Source of the DNA: an uncultured Nitrospiraceae bacterium
GTDB lineage: Bacteria; Nitrospirota; Nitrospiria; Nitrospirales; Nitrospiraceae
Reading direction: 5' to 3'
DNA: 64,000 nucleotides
Assembly (NCBI GenBank): GCA_963846575.1
Contig: CAWJWJ010000002.1
Span: forward strand, 128,001 to 192,000
The notes under the pieces are model-generated. The model saw only the letters and a list, made by a program, of their open reading frames with translations, searched no databases and was not told where the DNA came from. This document shows, piece after piece, positions 52,835-63,231 of this stretch (position 1 is its first letter; each line of letters opens with the position of its first letter). A program made the translations under genes and the position numbers.

Positions 52835-54586
52835 ATGAGCGACCATAGAAAATCGGATCAGCCTGAATCGGGAGGGCAACTGCCGCCGCGGCACGAGGGT
52901 TCGGCATCCGCTGATCCGCTCGAACTGATCGAGGAATGTCTGGCGGCCTTTCCCGACGCCGATCCCCGACAGAAGCTGCTCTACAAACTACGACATGTGA
53001 TGACGGCTCAATCCGTCGTCCAGGACCGTCGCGAAACGGAATTCAAGAAAATGAACGAGGTCGTGGCCAAGTTGACGGCACCGGCCAATCGTGTGGGCCT
53101 GCTCGTGGAGGTCCCGGCGGAGGGCCTGGCGCGAATCGTCGTCGGCGGGGCCGAATACTACGCCAACATCGACCCGCGACTGCCGGCGGAAGAACTGAAG
53201 ATCGGGACGCAGATCCTGGTCAACGAAGCCTACACCGTCATCAAGGCCCTGGGATACGACCGCAATGGTCCGGTGTTGAAGGTGGCTGAGGTGCTACCGG
53301 ACGGGCGTATCCGCTTCGAGCAGGATATGGGCCGGCAGGCGCTGATTCTCCAGCGCTCCACCGACCTGTTGGGCGTAGACCTCAAGGCCGGCGACGAGGT
53401 CCGTATTGAGCCGTCCCATCGAATCGCCATCGAACGGTTCGAGAATCGTCAAGCGCGGACGCACCTGCTGGACGAGGTGCCCCGCGTCACGTGGGAACAA
53501 ATCGGTGGCCAGCATCAGGCGATCGAGGCGATTCGGAAAGCGATCGAATACCCGCTGCTTCATGCCGACACCTTTACGAAATATGAGTTTACGCAGCCGA
53601 AGGGATTCCTGCTCTACGGCCCGCCCGGCTGCGGCAAAACGCTGATCGGACAGGCGGCTGCCGCCAGTTTGTCCCAACTCGTGCGCGCCTCGCAGGCCCT
53701 GACTCCCTCCGACGGGAAGGCCCACAGCCCACCGGTGACGAGCGGAGCCTTTCTGCACATCAAGGGACCGGAGATTCTGAATATGTGGCTGGGCGAATCC
53801 GAGCGGATCGTGCGGGACCTTTTTGCGAAGGCCCGTGCCAGACGCAAGGAGGGGGCGCTGCCGTTTATTTTTATCGACGAAGCGGAGTCCGTCCTGGGGA
53901 CCAGGCGGTCGATGCGCGCATTCAACATCAATAACACGCTGGTGCCGATGTTCTGCGCCGAAATGGACGGCATCGAATCCCTGCAGGACGTCGTAATCAT
54001 CCTGGCCTCGAACCGCCCTGACCTGATTGATCCGGCGGTGCTGAGACCGGGCCGCATCGACCGGAAGATCAAGGTCGCGCGTCCGAATCGAGCGGCAGCG
54101 GTCGAAATTCTGGCCGTGTATCTCACTCCGGCTCTGCCGATTGATTCCGAGTTGTTGGGACGGAACGGGCAGGATCATGAAGCGGCCCGTCGCTCCGTCA
54201 TCGAGCAGGTCGTGGAAAGTCTCTTTTCCCGGACGGATGAGAATCGGGTTTTGTCGATCCGTCTGCGGAACGGGCATCACAAGGTTCTCTATCGGGGAGA
54301 CCTGGTCAGCGGTGCCATTCTTTCCTCGATCGTGCAGCGGGCGAAGGAAAAAGCGATTGAACGGGTGATTGCTCAAGAGGGAACCGCGTCGGGTGGCGGG
54401 ATTCGCGCGCAGGACCTCCTCGATGCGGTGCATGAGGAATATCGGGAAGGTGAGATGTTGCCGCCTGATGATGCAGCCGAAGAATGGCTCAAATTGTTGG
54501 ATCACCATCCTGAACAGGTCGTCGGCGTGTCGTCCTTCCGCCGTGGACGGCAGACCGAAGAACGACTGGTGAATCAGATCATTTAA
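52835..54586 (+). CDS. arc: Proteasome-associated AAA ATPase (ARC/Mpa-like)
   Basis: Coiled coil and OB region; GPPGCGKT, IKGPEILN, FIDEAES, ASNRPDLIDPAVLRPGR, SGAIL. Confidence 0.92.
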   Translation: MSDHRKSDQPESGGQLPPRHEGSASADPLELIEECLAAFPDADPRQKLLYKLRHVMTAQSVVQDRRETEFKKMNEVVAKLTAPANRVGLLVEVPAEGLARIVVGGAEYYANIDPRLPAEELKIGTQILVNEAYTVIKALGYDRNGPVLKVAEVLPDGRIRFEQDMGRQALILQRSTDLLGVDLKAGDEVRIEPSHRIAIERFENRQARTHLLDEVPRVTWEQIGGQHQAIEAIRKAIEYPLLHADTFTKYEFTQPKGFLLYGPPGCGKTLIGQAAAASLSQLVRASQALTPSDGKAHSPPVTSGAFLHIKGPEILNMWLGESERIVRDLFAKARARRKEGALPFIFIDEAESVLGTRRSMRAFNINNTLVPMFCAEMDGIESLQDVVIILASNRPDLIDPAVLRPGRIDRKIKVARPNRAAAVEILAVYLTPALPIDSELLGRNGQDHEAARRSVIEQVVESLFSRTDENRVLSIRLRNGHHKVLYRGDLVSGAILSSIVQRAKEKAIERVIAQEGTASGGGIRAQDLLDAVHEEYREGEMLPPDDAAEEWLKLLDHHPEQVVGVSSFRRGRQTEERLVNQII

Positions 54587-54641
54587 CCACGAGCGGCTGG
54601 TACCTGGGCTCATACCTCGCTCGGCCAGGGACGAATCAGAC

Positions 54642-56162
54642 ATGCATCTGTTCGGTATCGAGACGGAATACGGGATCACGCGGGAGGATCTCGAGGTAGT
54701 CGATCCGGTCGAGGAGTCGATGGAGCTGGTCCGCGCCCACCTGACCGGCCGGTTCGAGCGTCGCTGGGATTATCGGGGCGAAGACCCGCATGAGGATGCG
54801 CGCGGGTTCCGTGTCTCCGGCCTGCAACAGGATAAGGAAGAAGACGATTTCGCCAAGATCGATGCTCATCGGCCCTTCTCGTTTCACGAAATGAAAAGTG
54901 ATCTGGTCCTGCCGAACGGCGCGCGGTTCTACAACGACCATACCCATCCCGAGTACTCCACTCCTGAATGTCGCACTCTCAAGGATCTGTTGGCGCATGA
55001 CCGGGCGGGGGAGCGCATCGTGCAGCGGGCCGCGGAACGCCGGAACCAGCATCTGGGCGGTGCGCATGTGCAGCTTTACAAGAACAATACCGATTTTCAT
55101 GGCCACAGCTATGGGTGCCACGACAACTACCTGGTGTCGCGCGCGCTTCCCTTTGCTCAGCTGGTCAGCGGGTTACTGCCGTTTCTGGTCAGCCGTCAGC
55201 TGCTGGCCGGCACCGGAAAGCTCGGGACCGAGGCGCAGGAGTCCGGCTTTGTGCCGGGGGGCTATCAACTCTCGCAGCGCGCGGACTTCATGGAAACGGA
55301 ACTGGGCGTGGATACGATGCACAATCGCCCGATTCTGAATACGCGCGATGAGCCGCATGCCGATCGGACGAAGTACCGGCGTCTCCATCTGATTCTCGGT
55401 GACGCCAACATGTGCGAATACGCGACTGCGCTGAAGGTAGGGACCACGAGGCTTGTGCTGGATCTCCTCCAGCAGGGGGGCGCGCCGGATCTTGAATTGG
55501 AGCATCCGGTCGCAGCGATCAAGCAGTTGTCGCGAGACCCGGACCTGAAGGCCACGGTGCGACTCAAGGATGGCCGCACGATCTCGGGTCTGGCGATTCA
55601 GGAGGCCTATTGGAATGCCGCGAGCCAGTGCAGCCGTGGCAGTGATCCGGATGCCGCTTGGGTCTTGCGGGAATGGCAGGACACCTTGCGCCTGCTCGCC
55701 CAGGATCGCAGTCAGTTGGTCGGGAAGCTCGATTGGGTGACGAAACACTGGTTGCTGGAGACGTTTGTCCGGGAAGAACGGCTTGCATGGGATGATCCCT
55801 GGCTGACCAGCTTGGATTTGGAATATCATAATATGAGTCCTGACCGGGGGTTGTTTCTCGGTTTGGAAGCAGAGGGGAAAACCTGGCGGATGACGAGCGA
55901 TCATGACATTGCCCGGGCCTTGTCTGTCGGTCCTGAGGACACACGGGGGGGACTGCGCGGACTCTGTGTCAGGCGATTCTCCGAGCAAATCACGACCATG
56001 CAGTGGGAACGAGTTCAATTTTCGGGAGGGCTCCGCGCGCGGACGCTTGAAATGGGTGACTTATTCCATCCCGATGACGTGCGGGCCTGTGCCGCCCTGT
56101 TTGAAACCGCGACTTCTCCAGCCGATGCCTTGGCTGCGTGGTCGAGACGAAAGGATGCCTGA
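54642..56162 (+). CDS. dop: Dop-like depupylase/deamidase
   Basis: GIETEYG, NGARFYNDHTHPEYSTPEC, NTRDEPHAD, RRLHLILGDAN. Confidence 0.9.
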   Translation: MHLFGIETEYGITREDLEVVDPVEESMELVRAHLTGRFERRWDYRGEDPHEDARGFRVSGLQQDKEEDDFAKIDAHRPFSFHEMKSDLVLPNGARFYNDHTHPEYSTPECRTLKDLLAHDRAGERIVQRAAERRNQHLGGAHVQLYKNNTDFHGHSYGCHDNYLVSRALPFAQLVSGLLPFLVSRQLLAGTGKLGTEAQESGFVPGGYQLSQRADFMETELGVDTMHNRPILNTRDEPHADRTKYRRLHLILGDANMCEYATALKVGTTRLVLDLLQQGGAPDLELEHPVAAIKQLSRDPDLKATVRLKDGRTISGLAIQEAYWNAASQCSRGSDPDAAWVLREWQDTLRLLAQDRSQLVGKLDWVTKHWLLETFVREERLAWDDPWLTSLDLEYHNMSPDRGLFLGLEAEGKTWRMTSDHDIARALSVGPEDTRGGLRGLCVRRFSEQITTMQWERVQFSGGLRARTLEMGDLFHPDDVRACAALFETATSPADALAAWSRRKDA

Positions 56163-56164
56163 CG

Positions 56165-56359
56165 ATGCACTATATGCTCATGCCGGAACGCCGTGAGGGA
56201 CCCGGCGATCCCATGCCGAAGCCCTCGAGTCCTTCAGAAGAGGGGGGCGGGCCTCGAAGGCCGGACACGGGTTCGCCTGATAAGGATAACCTGCTGAAGC
56301 GAATGCGTAAGGTCGATCCCAAACAGGCGGAACGTTACAAGCAACGAACCGGTGAGTGA
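56165..56359 (+). CDS. ubact: UBact prokaryotic ubiquitin-like modifier
   Basis: Short disordered protein between dop and prcB ending VDPKQAERYKQRTGE (R[ST]G[EQ] terminus). Confidence 0.9.
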   Translation: MHYMLMPERREGPGDPMPKPSSPSEEGGGPRRPDTGSPDKDNLLKRMRKVDPKQAERYKQRTGE

Positions 56360-56488
56360 GGCTGGCCGCCGGGAAGGGGAGGTGCACGATCGGGGTGGCG
56401 TGCGAAGGCCACCGTGGTAAGCCCGTCAGCCTGCCCGGGTCTCTTGGGGAATCGGAGTGAGAACACGTTGGAAAGGGTGGACAAGAGC

Positions 56489-57286
56489 ATGGGGATGCAA
56501 GGGGATTTTTTTCAGCTCTTGAAGGAGCAGGGTTATCAGTTTGGAAATCCTGTCGCCGCCGCGGCCGGGATCGATATTCCCAATGCCACGACGATCCTTG
56601 CGCTGAAGTATCGGGATGGCGTCCTGGTCGCAGGAGATCGCCGGGCCACGGCGGGCAACATGGTCATGTATGACCGGACCGATAAGGTCTTGGAAATCGA
56701 TCGCCATAGCGTGATGGCTATTGCAGGAGTCCCGGCAACCGCCTACGAGATGGTGCGCGTGCTGGAACATTCCTTCAAATACTATCGCCGTACGCAGCTG
56801 CAGGAACTCAGCTTTGAGGGAAAGCTCCGGGCCGTCTCCAAGCTGCTGAAGGAGAATGTGCCGGCCGCGCTGGCCGGAACCGGTGCGGTGGTGCCTGTTT
56901 TTGCGGGATATGACCATGAACAGGGTGCGGCCAAGATTTATTTCTACGATATCCTGGGCGCGGAATTCGAAGCGGTCGAATATGCCGTGTCCGGCTCGGG
57001 CTCGCCGACGATTCGAGGGATCCTCCATTATATGAATACCTGGGGACCGCAGCCCCTGGCCATGCTCCCCGAAGAGGAAGCGACGATTCACGCGCTCCGG
57101 CTGCTGACAAGTGCTGCGGAATTTGACTCCGCCACCGGCGGTGTGAACCGGGAACTCAATCTGTACCCCGTGATCAAGCTCATCACGGCGGCCGGAGTGC
57201 AGCCGATTGCAGGAGAAAAATTAAAACGTCTGTACGAAGCGGAAGTGGTACGCGGGGTCTCAACTCCGCCTGTCGTGCCGAGATGA
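56489..57286 (+). CDS. prcB: 20S proteasome beta subunit
   Basis: Propeptide then TTILALKYRDGVLVAGDRRAT; SGSGS; DSATGG. Confidence 0.92.
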   Translation: MGMQGDFFQLLKEQGYQFGNPVAAAAGIDIPNATTILALKYRDGVLVAGDRRATAGNMVMYDRTDKVLEIDRHSVMAIAGVPATAYEMVRVLEHSFKYYRRTQLQELSFEGKLRAVSKLLKENVPAALAGTGAVVPVFAGYDHEQGAAKIYFYDILGAEFEAVEYAVSGSGSPTIRGILHYMNTWGPQPLAMLPEEEATIHALRLLTSAAEFDSATGGVNRELNLYPVIKLITAAGVQPIAGEKLKRLYEAEVVRGVSTPPVVPR

Positions 57287-57318
57287 GCTGGTTTATCACA
57301 TCCTGAGGGTGACACGTC

Positions 57319-58158
57319 ATGTATGAAGAACCGTATCGGTGGGTCGAAGCAGTCGGCAATCGACGACAATATCTAGACGAACAATTCACCAAGGGTGCAC
57401 CGGTCGTGGCGTTGGCCTATGCCGGCGGCATCCTGATGCTCACCGTCAGCCGGGGGACCCCCAAGCTGTACGAGATCTATGATCGCATTGCCCTGGGCGG
57501 CATGGGGCATCCGGCGGACCTGGAAAAGTTGCGGTTCTCCCTGCTCGAGATGGCGCACGTCGAGGGATTTAATCGCTCGCCCTCCGATGTCACGGGCGCT
57601 CGCCTGATGAAGTACGGATTGGCTCCCACTATCAAGCAGGCCTTCGAAGAAATTTACAAGGCGCCGTTCATCGCGAAGATTCTGCTCGCGGAATTGGGAT
57701 CAAAGCCTGAGCGCGATTTGTTTTTGACGATCAATTATGACGGAACCTTTGAGGAAAGCCGTCGTCGGGCAGTGTTAGGAGCAACCGCGACAATTCAAAG
57801 GCGGATGAGCGACTATCTGGAATCGCAACCGGAATCCGGCCACACTTCTTTGGCCCAGGCTGTTGAAATCGCGCTCTGTGCCTGGGCGGTAGGGTCGCTG
57901 GCGCAGCTTTCCCATACGGCCGCGGACGGAGAGCCTACTGCCGGGCCCGGTCCGGCGGAAAAATCGTCTGAGGGTTCTTCGGCCATCCCGGGAAAGGCGG
58001 TTTTGTTGGGACATGTCCGCCAGACGGTCGTGGAAAAGGCGCTTGAATGTGTGTTGCTCGAACGCAACGGGCCAGGATCCTCAAAATATCGTGCACTCCG
58101 CACCGAGGACCTCGGTGCCCTGCTCCCGGCGGCCATGAAGGAGGCCGGCGCATCCTAA
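57319..58158 (+). CDS. prcA: 20S proteasome alpha subunit
   Basis: GAPVVALAY, KLYEIYDRIALGGMG; operon position. Confidence 0.88.
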   Translation: MYEEPYRWVEAVGNRRQYLDEQFTKGAPVVALAYAGGILMLTVSRGTPKLYEIYDRIALGGMGHPADLEKLRFSLLEMAHVEGFNRSPSDVTGARLMKYGLAPTIKQAFEEIYKAPFIAKILLAELGSKPERDLFLTINYDGTFEESRRRAVLGATATIQRRMSDYLESQPESGHTSLAQAVEIALCAWAVGSLAQLSHTAADGEPTAGPGPAEKSSEGSSAIPGKAVLLGHVRQTVVEKALECVLLERNGPGSSKYRALRTEDLGALLPAAMKEAGAS

Positions 58159-58160
58159 CC

Positions 58161-59651
58161 ATGCTCAATCGTATTTTCGGCCTCGAAACTGAATATGGCC
58201 TGTTGGTGAATCAGGACCGACCTGATCACTCGCCCTCCTGGATTGCCCAGCGCATTCGCGATCACATTTTTCAGGCCGACCGACGCGGGCTCATGGATCT
58301 TCACCATCGAGGCCACGACGAGCCGCCCGGCAATGGGGGTTTCTTGACCAATGCGGGACGCATCTATATCGACATGGGGCATCTGGAGTATGCGTCTCCC
58401 GAATGTACGACATTGGCCGACCTGGTGGCCTCGGATCGCGCCGGAGACCGGATCATTCAGAATGCGGTCGCGGCGTTAAACCTGGACGAGACCGTGTCCC
58501 TCATCAAGAACAACATCGATCACGAAACCGACGCGACGTTCGGCTCGCATGAAAACTATCTCGTCACCAGACAATTCCCTTTCTCGCGCCGCGGACTTGG
58601 GCCGCTGGTGACGTTCCTCGTCACGCGTCAGGTGTTTACGGGGTCAGGCCGTATCGGTTGCGCGCGTGATCCGAATGAGTGGGTCCAGGTCGGAGGACTT
58701 ATCCTGCACAGGCCGGGGCTGCGGGATGCGACAGATCGGACGATTGTGCCGTTCCAGATCTCTCAGCGGGCGGATTATATCGTCAACGACTTCTTCGAGT
58801 GGGTGCAGCACAACCGGGCCATCGTCAATACGCGGGATGAGCCCCTGGCAGATCCTAATCAGTACCGTCGGATCCATCTGCTGTGCGGAGATTCCAATAT
58901 GGCCGAATACGCCACCGCGTTGAAAATGGGAACCACCGGTCTGGTCCTGCAACTGATCGAAGCCGGGCAGGCCCCGCGCGGGGTGGGCATCAACGAGCCG
59001 GTGGAGGCGCTCCAGGATATTTCACGCGATCCCGATCGTCAGTGGCTTGTGCAACTGGATTCGGGACATTCCATTTCCGCGCTCGATATACAGGAACAGT
59101 TTCTTGCGGCGGCGCAGCGCCATTGCAAGGGACAGGATGAGGAGACCGATTGGGTTCTGAAGGAATGGGAAGCCGTGTTGACCGATTTGCGAGGGGACTA
59201 TACCAAATTGGTGGGCCGGGTCGATTGGGCATCCAAGTTGTGGCTTCTGGAGACGTATCGGGAGGCCGAGCAGGCCGGCTGGGATGATCCTATGCTTAAG
59301 AGCCTCGATTTGGAATACCACAATCTGCACCCGGAGCGGGGCCTCTGTTATGGCCTGGAAGAGGAGGGGCGCGGCCCTCGGCTTACAACCGACAAGGCGG
59401 TCCATCTCGCGCAGGACAATCCGCCGCGCAACACGCGAGCGTTCGGCAGGGGCGAGTTGGTTCGACACCTCTTGGCCGGCGGTTCGCCGGAGGACCGTGG
59501 CGATGAGTTCGCGGACACTGACGACCGGCCGGACTGCGACTACATTATCAACTGGTCGAATTTTAAACTGCGGGGCACATCTCCGTTTTTTATGGCCGAC
59601 CCGTTCAAAACCTACGTGCAGGAAGTTCACGAACACATCGCCGGCCGGTAG
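58161..59651 (+). CDS. pafA: PafA-like Pup/UBact-protein ligase
   Basis: RIFGLETEYG, FLTNAGRIYIDMGHLEYASPEC, GSHENY, DLEYH. Confidence 0.9.
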   Translation: MLNRIFGLETEYGLLVNQDRPDHSPSWIAQRIRDHIFQADRRGLMDLHHRGHDEPPGNGGFLTNAGRIYIDMGHLEYASPECTTLADLVASDRAGDRIIQNAVAALNLDETVSLIKNNIDHETDATFGSHENYLVTRQFPFSRRGLGPLVTFLVTRQVFTGSGRIGCARDPNEWVQVGGLILHRPGLRDATDRTIVPFQISQRADYIVNDFFEWVQHNRAIVNTRDEPLADPNQYRRIHLLCGDSNMAEYATALKMGTTGLVLQLIEAGQAPRGVGINEPVEALQDISRDPDRQWLVQLDSGHSISALDIQEQFLAAAQRHCKGQDEETDWVLKEWEAVLTDLRGDYTKLVGRVDWASKLWLLETYREAEQAGWDDPMLKSLDLEYHNLHPERGLCYGLEEEGRGPRLTTDKAVHLAQDNPPRNTRAFGRGELVRHLLAGGSPEDRGDEFADTDDRPDCDYIINWSNFKLRGTSPFFMADPFKTYVQEVHEHIAGR

Positions 59652-59658
59652 CTGCTGA

Positions 59659-60612
59659 CTACGGTTTCTTGCCGATCCGTTCCAGCCTGGCTTTCGACAC
59701 ATCGAACGCAAACCGCAATTGCACTGCATAGTACTTCTGGACGAGACCGGGTTGGTCCAATGGCCGGTCTTCTTCCCGGTAAAACGCCAGTTCCATATCA
59801 TTCCACCGCACCGCGATGCCGAGAATCCAGTCGAGTTCCGTGGGATTGAGCGTATTACCGGCATCCCGATCGGTAAAAAAATTCATATCGCCGTACAGCA
59901 CCACCCTGTTTTTATATAAATCAAGATCGGCATGGGCTACGTAACGGAAAAGGGCCCGTCCGGTATTGTTGGGGCGAGCAAAATAGTTTCTATTGTGAAA
60001 GAGCCATCCGCCCCCGGCGTAAGCGGTGAGATTTTGATGCGGAAAGGTCCCACGCCACCAGGTGGAGTCCTGACTCGCAAGAAAGCGCGCTGTCACGAGC
60101 GTATCGGCGTAGGCCTGTACGATACCGCTTCGATCCAGCGGGGCGTCACGCTCGTATTGGAGGCGCCAGTTGAATCGGTTCAGGGCACCGGTGAACGCGT
60201 AGGTGCCATCCCACTCGGAGAGTTGGATCCATCCGTTGGTACGGTCGGAAAAAAAGTTCTGATCAGTATAAAAGGTGAGGTACTGTTTGAAAAGATCTGT
60301 TTCCAGATGCAACATGTGCCGCATTCCGACCAGGCCTGAATTGTCGGGCCTGGCCGCGAAGGACGGATTCTTGACGAAGGCGCCGGTGAGGAGATATCCG
60401 CCGAATAATGGTTCTTCCTCCTCCCGGACTTCGTGTTCCGCTTCTTCCATGGAAGGGAGCGGGCGCCCGTATTTTTCCAGTCCGAAGGCCTGCACCGGGA
60501 AGAAAGACAAGACGGATAATAGACAACCGATCAACAGCAACAAACCGCGTGGGTCTCGATTCGGGTATTGACAGCACATCATTCTTGGCAACGGGCAAAA
60601 ACCTCTTCGCAA
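59659..60612 (-). CDS. Putative outer-membrane beta-barrel protein
   Basis: Signal peptide VQA; aromatic-rich alternating strands. Confidence 0.65.
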   Translation of the reverse strand: MRRGFCPLPRMMCCQYPNRDPRGLLLLIGCLLSVLSFFPVQAFGLEKYGRPLPSMEEAEHEVREEEEPLFGGYLLTGAFVKNPSFAARPDNSGLVGMRHMLHLETDLFKQYLTFYTDQNFFSDRTNGWIQLSEWDGTYAFTGALNRFNWRLQYERDAPLDRSGIVQAYADTLVTARFLASQDSTWWRGTFPHQNLTAYAGGGWLFHNRNYFARPNNTGRALFRYVAHADLDLYKNRVVLYGDMNFFTDRDAGNTLNPTELDWILGIAVRWNDMELAFYREEDRPLDQPGLVQKYYAVQLRFAFDVSKARLERIGKKP

Positions 60613-60976
60613 TGATCCGAGGCATTGACCGACCGAGGGACGAACCGATATGCGACCCGGTCAACTCGCCCCTGATGAATGGTCACGATCGCCCGGCAGC
60701 CATGATGCACAAGGGGACAGCTGCTCTTGGAAGATGCCATGGACTCTTCGAGCAACGGTGTTTCCCGATAGTACCGAAGCCGGGTGAACTGTCCGCTCCG
60801 CCATTCGCGTAATGACTGGCCGGCACAGGTCAGCACCTGTACCTCGCTCTTTCCTCGCAACGAGAGCTGTTGCGGATATCCTTGAGTGGTGGGTGGGGCA
60901 CTGGGGCAGCCCAGTGCCAAGCGGCAGGGGTGATGGTGAGAATCCCTCTGAACGCTCGCACGGAGGTCGTTCGCAT
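60579..60976 (-). CDS. Putative small lipoprotein (N-terminus probably frameshifted)
   Basis: LALGC-PSAPP lipobox-like segment followed by a Cys-containing domain in ORF 60579-61082. Confidence 0.45.
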
Positions 60977-61541
60977 AAAGAATGTGTGCCCAGGGAGGAA
61001 TGGAGCACATTGGGTAGCATACCCGCTTAGTCAAAGCAACAAGGCCTGGGACGGTCTGAGGTGGACCCTGGACCTGACGCAATGTGTCTCAGGCCGCAAG
61101 TGCTAGGAGTGAGCAGAGAATAGGATGTTGGTACGGGCAGTCTTGGAGCATGGCGTCCACAGAGGGCCGCGATTGTCATGGCTCTAACTCGCGGCGATCT
61201 TTCTCCATATGCCCGGGCATTTAATGAGCCGAAGTCCATACTTATGTACGCCCTGTATATTTTGTGCGTACACCAACCGGAAATTGTCTCTCTCTCCACG
61301 ATCTGCAGATGATGATGTGAAGTAGGGCCGAATGGCTAGAGACAATCGGCTCATTTGTCGGCTGAGTAGGTTGTTTCTCTGCATGCCTGACCATGCACAT
61401 TCCACACATGCTGTGTAATTAGAACGTTTTGTGATCATTTGCGAAAGGTTGTCGCAGTGTTGAGCTTCCCAGACGTCTTATGTATCAGGCAACGACTGCA
61501 TTGAATGTTTTCTTCAAACGTCAATTCGCGGGTCAAGTAGG

Positions 61542-61570
61542 TTGAAAAGAATTTGTTAGTTAGGTAGTAT
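61542..61570 (+). promoter_or_regulatory. sigma70-type promoter
   Basis: TTGAAA-N17-TAGTAT in an AT-rich intergenic region. Confidence 0.5.
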
Positions 61571-61694
61571 ATCTGAATGCTTATGCATACAACGTAACTA
61601 TACGTATACATATGGCAGATTAATGCGGCTTGAATCTCCCCACTAAGACGATAGGCTAGCTTGGGTTATCCGCGTTTCGTCGAAGGAGAAAAGA

Positions 61695-62975
61695 ATGCTT
61701 AAACATGAACCTCAGGGCCGCTTAAAGACGAAGCCCCGGCATAATCCTGTTAATGAGCGCATGGACTCAGCCAGTTCAGAAATGGGCGCCATCAACATCC
61801 GCGTGAGACTTCGGGTGCAGGATGAGGCTCGTAACGTGGAGGGCATGACCTTTTCCATAGGTCCTCAATGCATCTCGTTTAACACAAACTATGTCATGCG
61901 TACCTCAACTGGCCTTTCGCTGAAATTCAGAGTGGGAGCAGGGCTGTGCTATCTTAGTTTCTACGGACAGGTGATTTCTTGCATCCCGGCCGAGGATCAA
62001 GCTTACAAGCATCAAGTAAGGGTTCGATTGGCTCCTATTGAAGAGTTTGAGCAACGCATGCTTCAGTCAGTATTGAAGGAGATGCTGCACGATGAATCGA
62101 TGAGGGAAAAGACGTTGCTGACCATCCAGCCGACCTGTGAGACGTCGACCGATGAAGCTACAGGGGTTCCCGAAGAAACATTCCTGCCACTTCGCTCTCC
62201 GCTGGGGAGCCCTCACAAAACAAATAGTGATGATGCTGCCGATGATCCGGTATGGATCATAGAGATGAAACGGGAATTGAAACCTTACTGGGATGCTGTG
62301 CTGGAGTCTCGCATAGTGCAGGAAGCCTCAACGGGGACCCTTTCGCTCCCGCGAATGCAGGGGTGGCTGATTCAGCTATATCCATTCATCGAGACATTTC
62401 CTAAATGGATTGCCTTGACCATTGCGCGGGCCTCTGACCACCGAACCAGGTCTTTCATGATCGACAATATCAGAATCGAAAAGCGCCACGCCGCCCAGTG
62501 GGTCGACATGGCCAAAGGTTTTGGAATTACTCAGGCAGAAATGGACTCAGTGCAGACTCTTCCAGAGGTCGATGCTCTGACCCATTGGCTGTGGTCAGTT
62601 AATTCATGGGGTTCCCTCGCTGAAGGAGTAGCCGCCACGAACTATGCCGTCGAGGGTGTAACCCAGGGCATAGCAAAGCTCACCGTGATGGGATTCCCTC
62701 GGTATGCGAAGATGCAGGGCCTTAATCTCGACAAACGAGCCTATGCGTGGATGGTCAACCACGCACGATACGACGAGGTGCACCCACTGCAGGCGCTGGA
62801 AGTCATTAAAATGTATACCTCTCGTGAATTACAAGAGAAGGTTGTTTTCGCCGCTCGCCGGAGCCTTGAGTATCTTTTTATGGCATTGGATGCATGCTAT
62901 GTTAAATACGCTCCTGTGTCGACAGCTTCAAGTCGCCGCGAGCTTTCCTCGCGGTCCCGTGCAAAAATCTGCTGA
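61695..62975 (+). CDS. PilZ-like domain fused to a heme-oxygenase-like diiron (UndA/TenA/CADD-type) enzyme
   Basis: C-domain NIRIEKRH, ALTHWLW, AATNYAVEG, HARYDEVHP; N-domain has a PilZ-like beta pattern; AAGGAG RBS. Confidence 0.8.
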   Translation: MLKHEPQGRLKTKPRHNPVNERMDSASSEMGAINIRVRLRVQDEARNVEGMTFSIGPQCISFNTNYVMRTSTGLSLKFRVGAGLCYLSFYGQVISCIPAEDQAYKHQVRVRLAPIEEFEQRMLQSVLKEMLHDESMREKTLLTIQPTCETSTDEATGVPEETFLPLRSPLGSPHKTNSDDAADDPVWIIEMKRELKPYWDAVLESRIVQEASTGTLSLPRMQGWLIQLYPFIETFPKWIALTIARASDHRTRSFMIDNIRIEKRHAAQWVDMAKGFGITQAEMDSVQTLPEVDALTHWLWSVNSWGSLAEGVAATNYAVEGVTQGIAKLTVMGFPRYAKMQGLNLDKRAYAWMVNHARYDEVHPLQALEVIKMYTSRELQEKVVFAARRSLEYLFMALDACYVKYAPVSTASSRRELSSRSRAKIC

Positions 62976-63231
62976 GATCTCCGACGGGTGAACACCGTCG
63001 GGGTTGCCGCCTACCTTTGAGTTATTCTCACCAAAGCCTTACAATAATGCCGGTTTGCTATCTTGTTTTCTTCGGATGAATCGCTGCGAGTGCCCTGCGC
63101 TGGCTCTGTCGACCATTCAGGGCCGTGAACGATCCTGAAAATGCAATGGAGACTGCTTCGTTCTCTTGACATGTGGACTTGATCAACCCCTTGCCCTGAT
63201 CGGTCCATTGATACCCGTTTAGGGAGAGCTA

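Noticed and set aside
56165..56359. Call as actinobacterial-type Pup
   Set aside because: It ends RTGE rather than GGE/GGQ, which fits UBact.
53294..59864. Long antisense ORFs over the proteasome operon (e.g. 53294-54679, 55173-56018, 59022-59864)
   Set aside because: Shadow ORFs of GC-rich coding sequence with no recognisable motifs.
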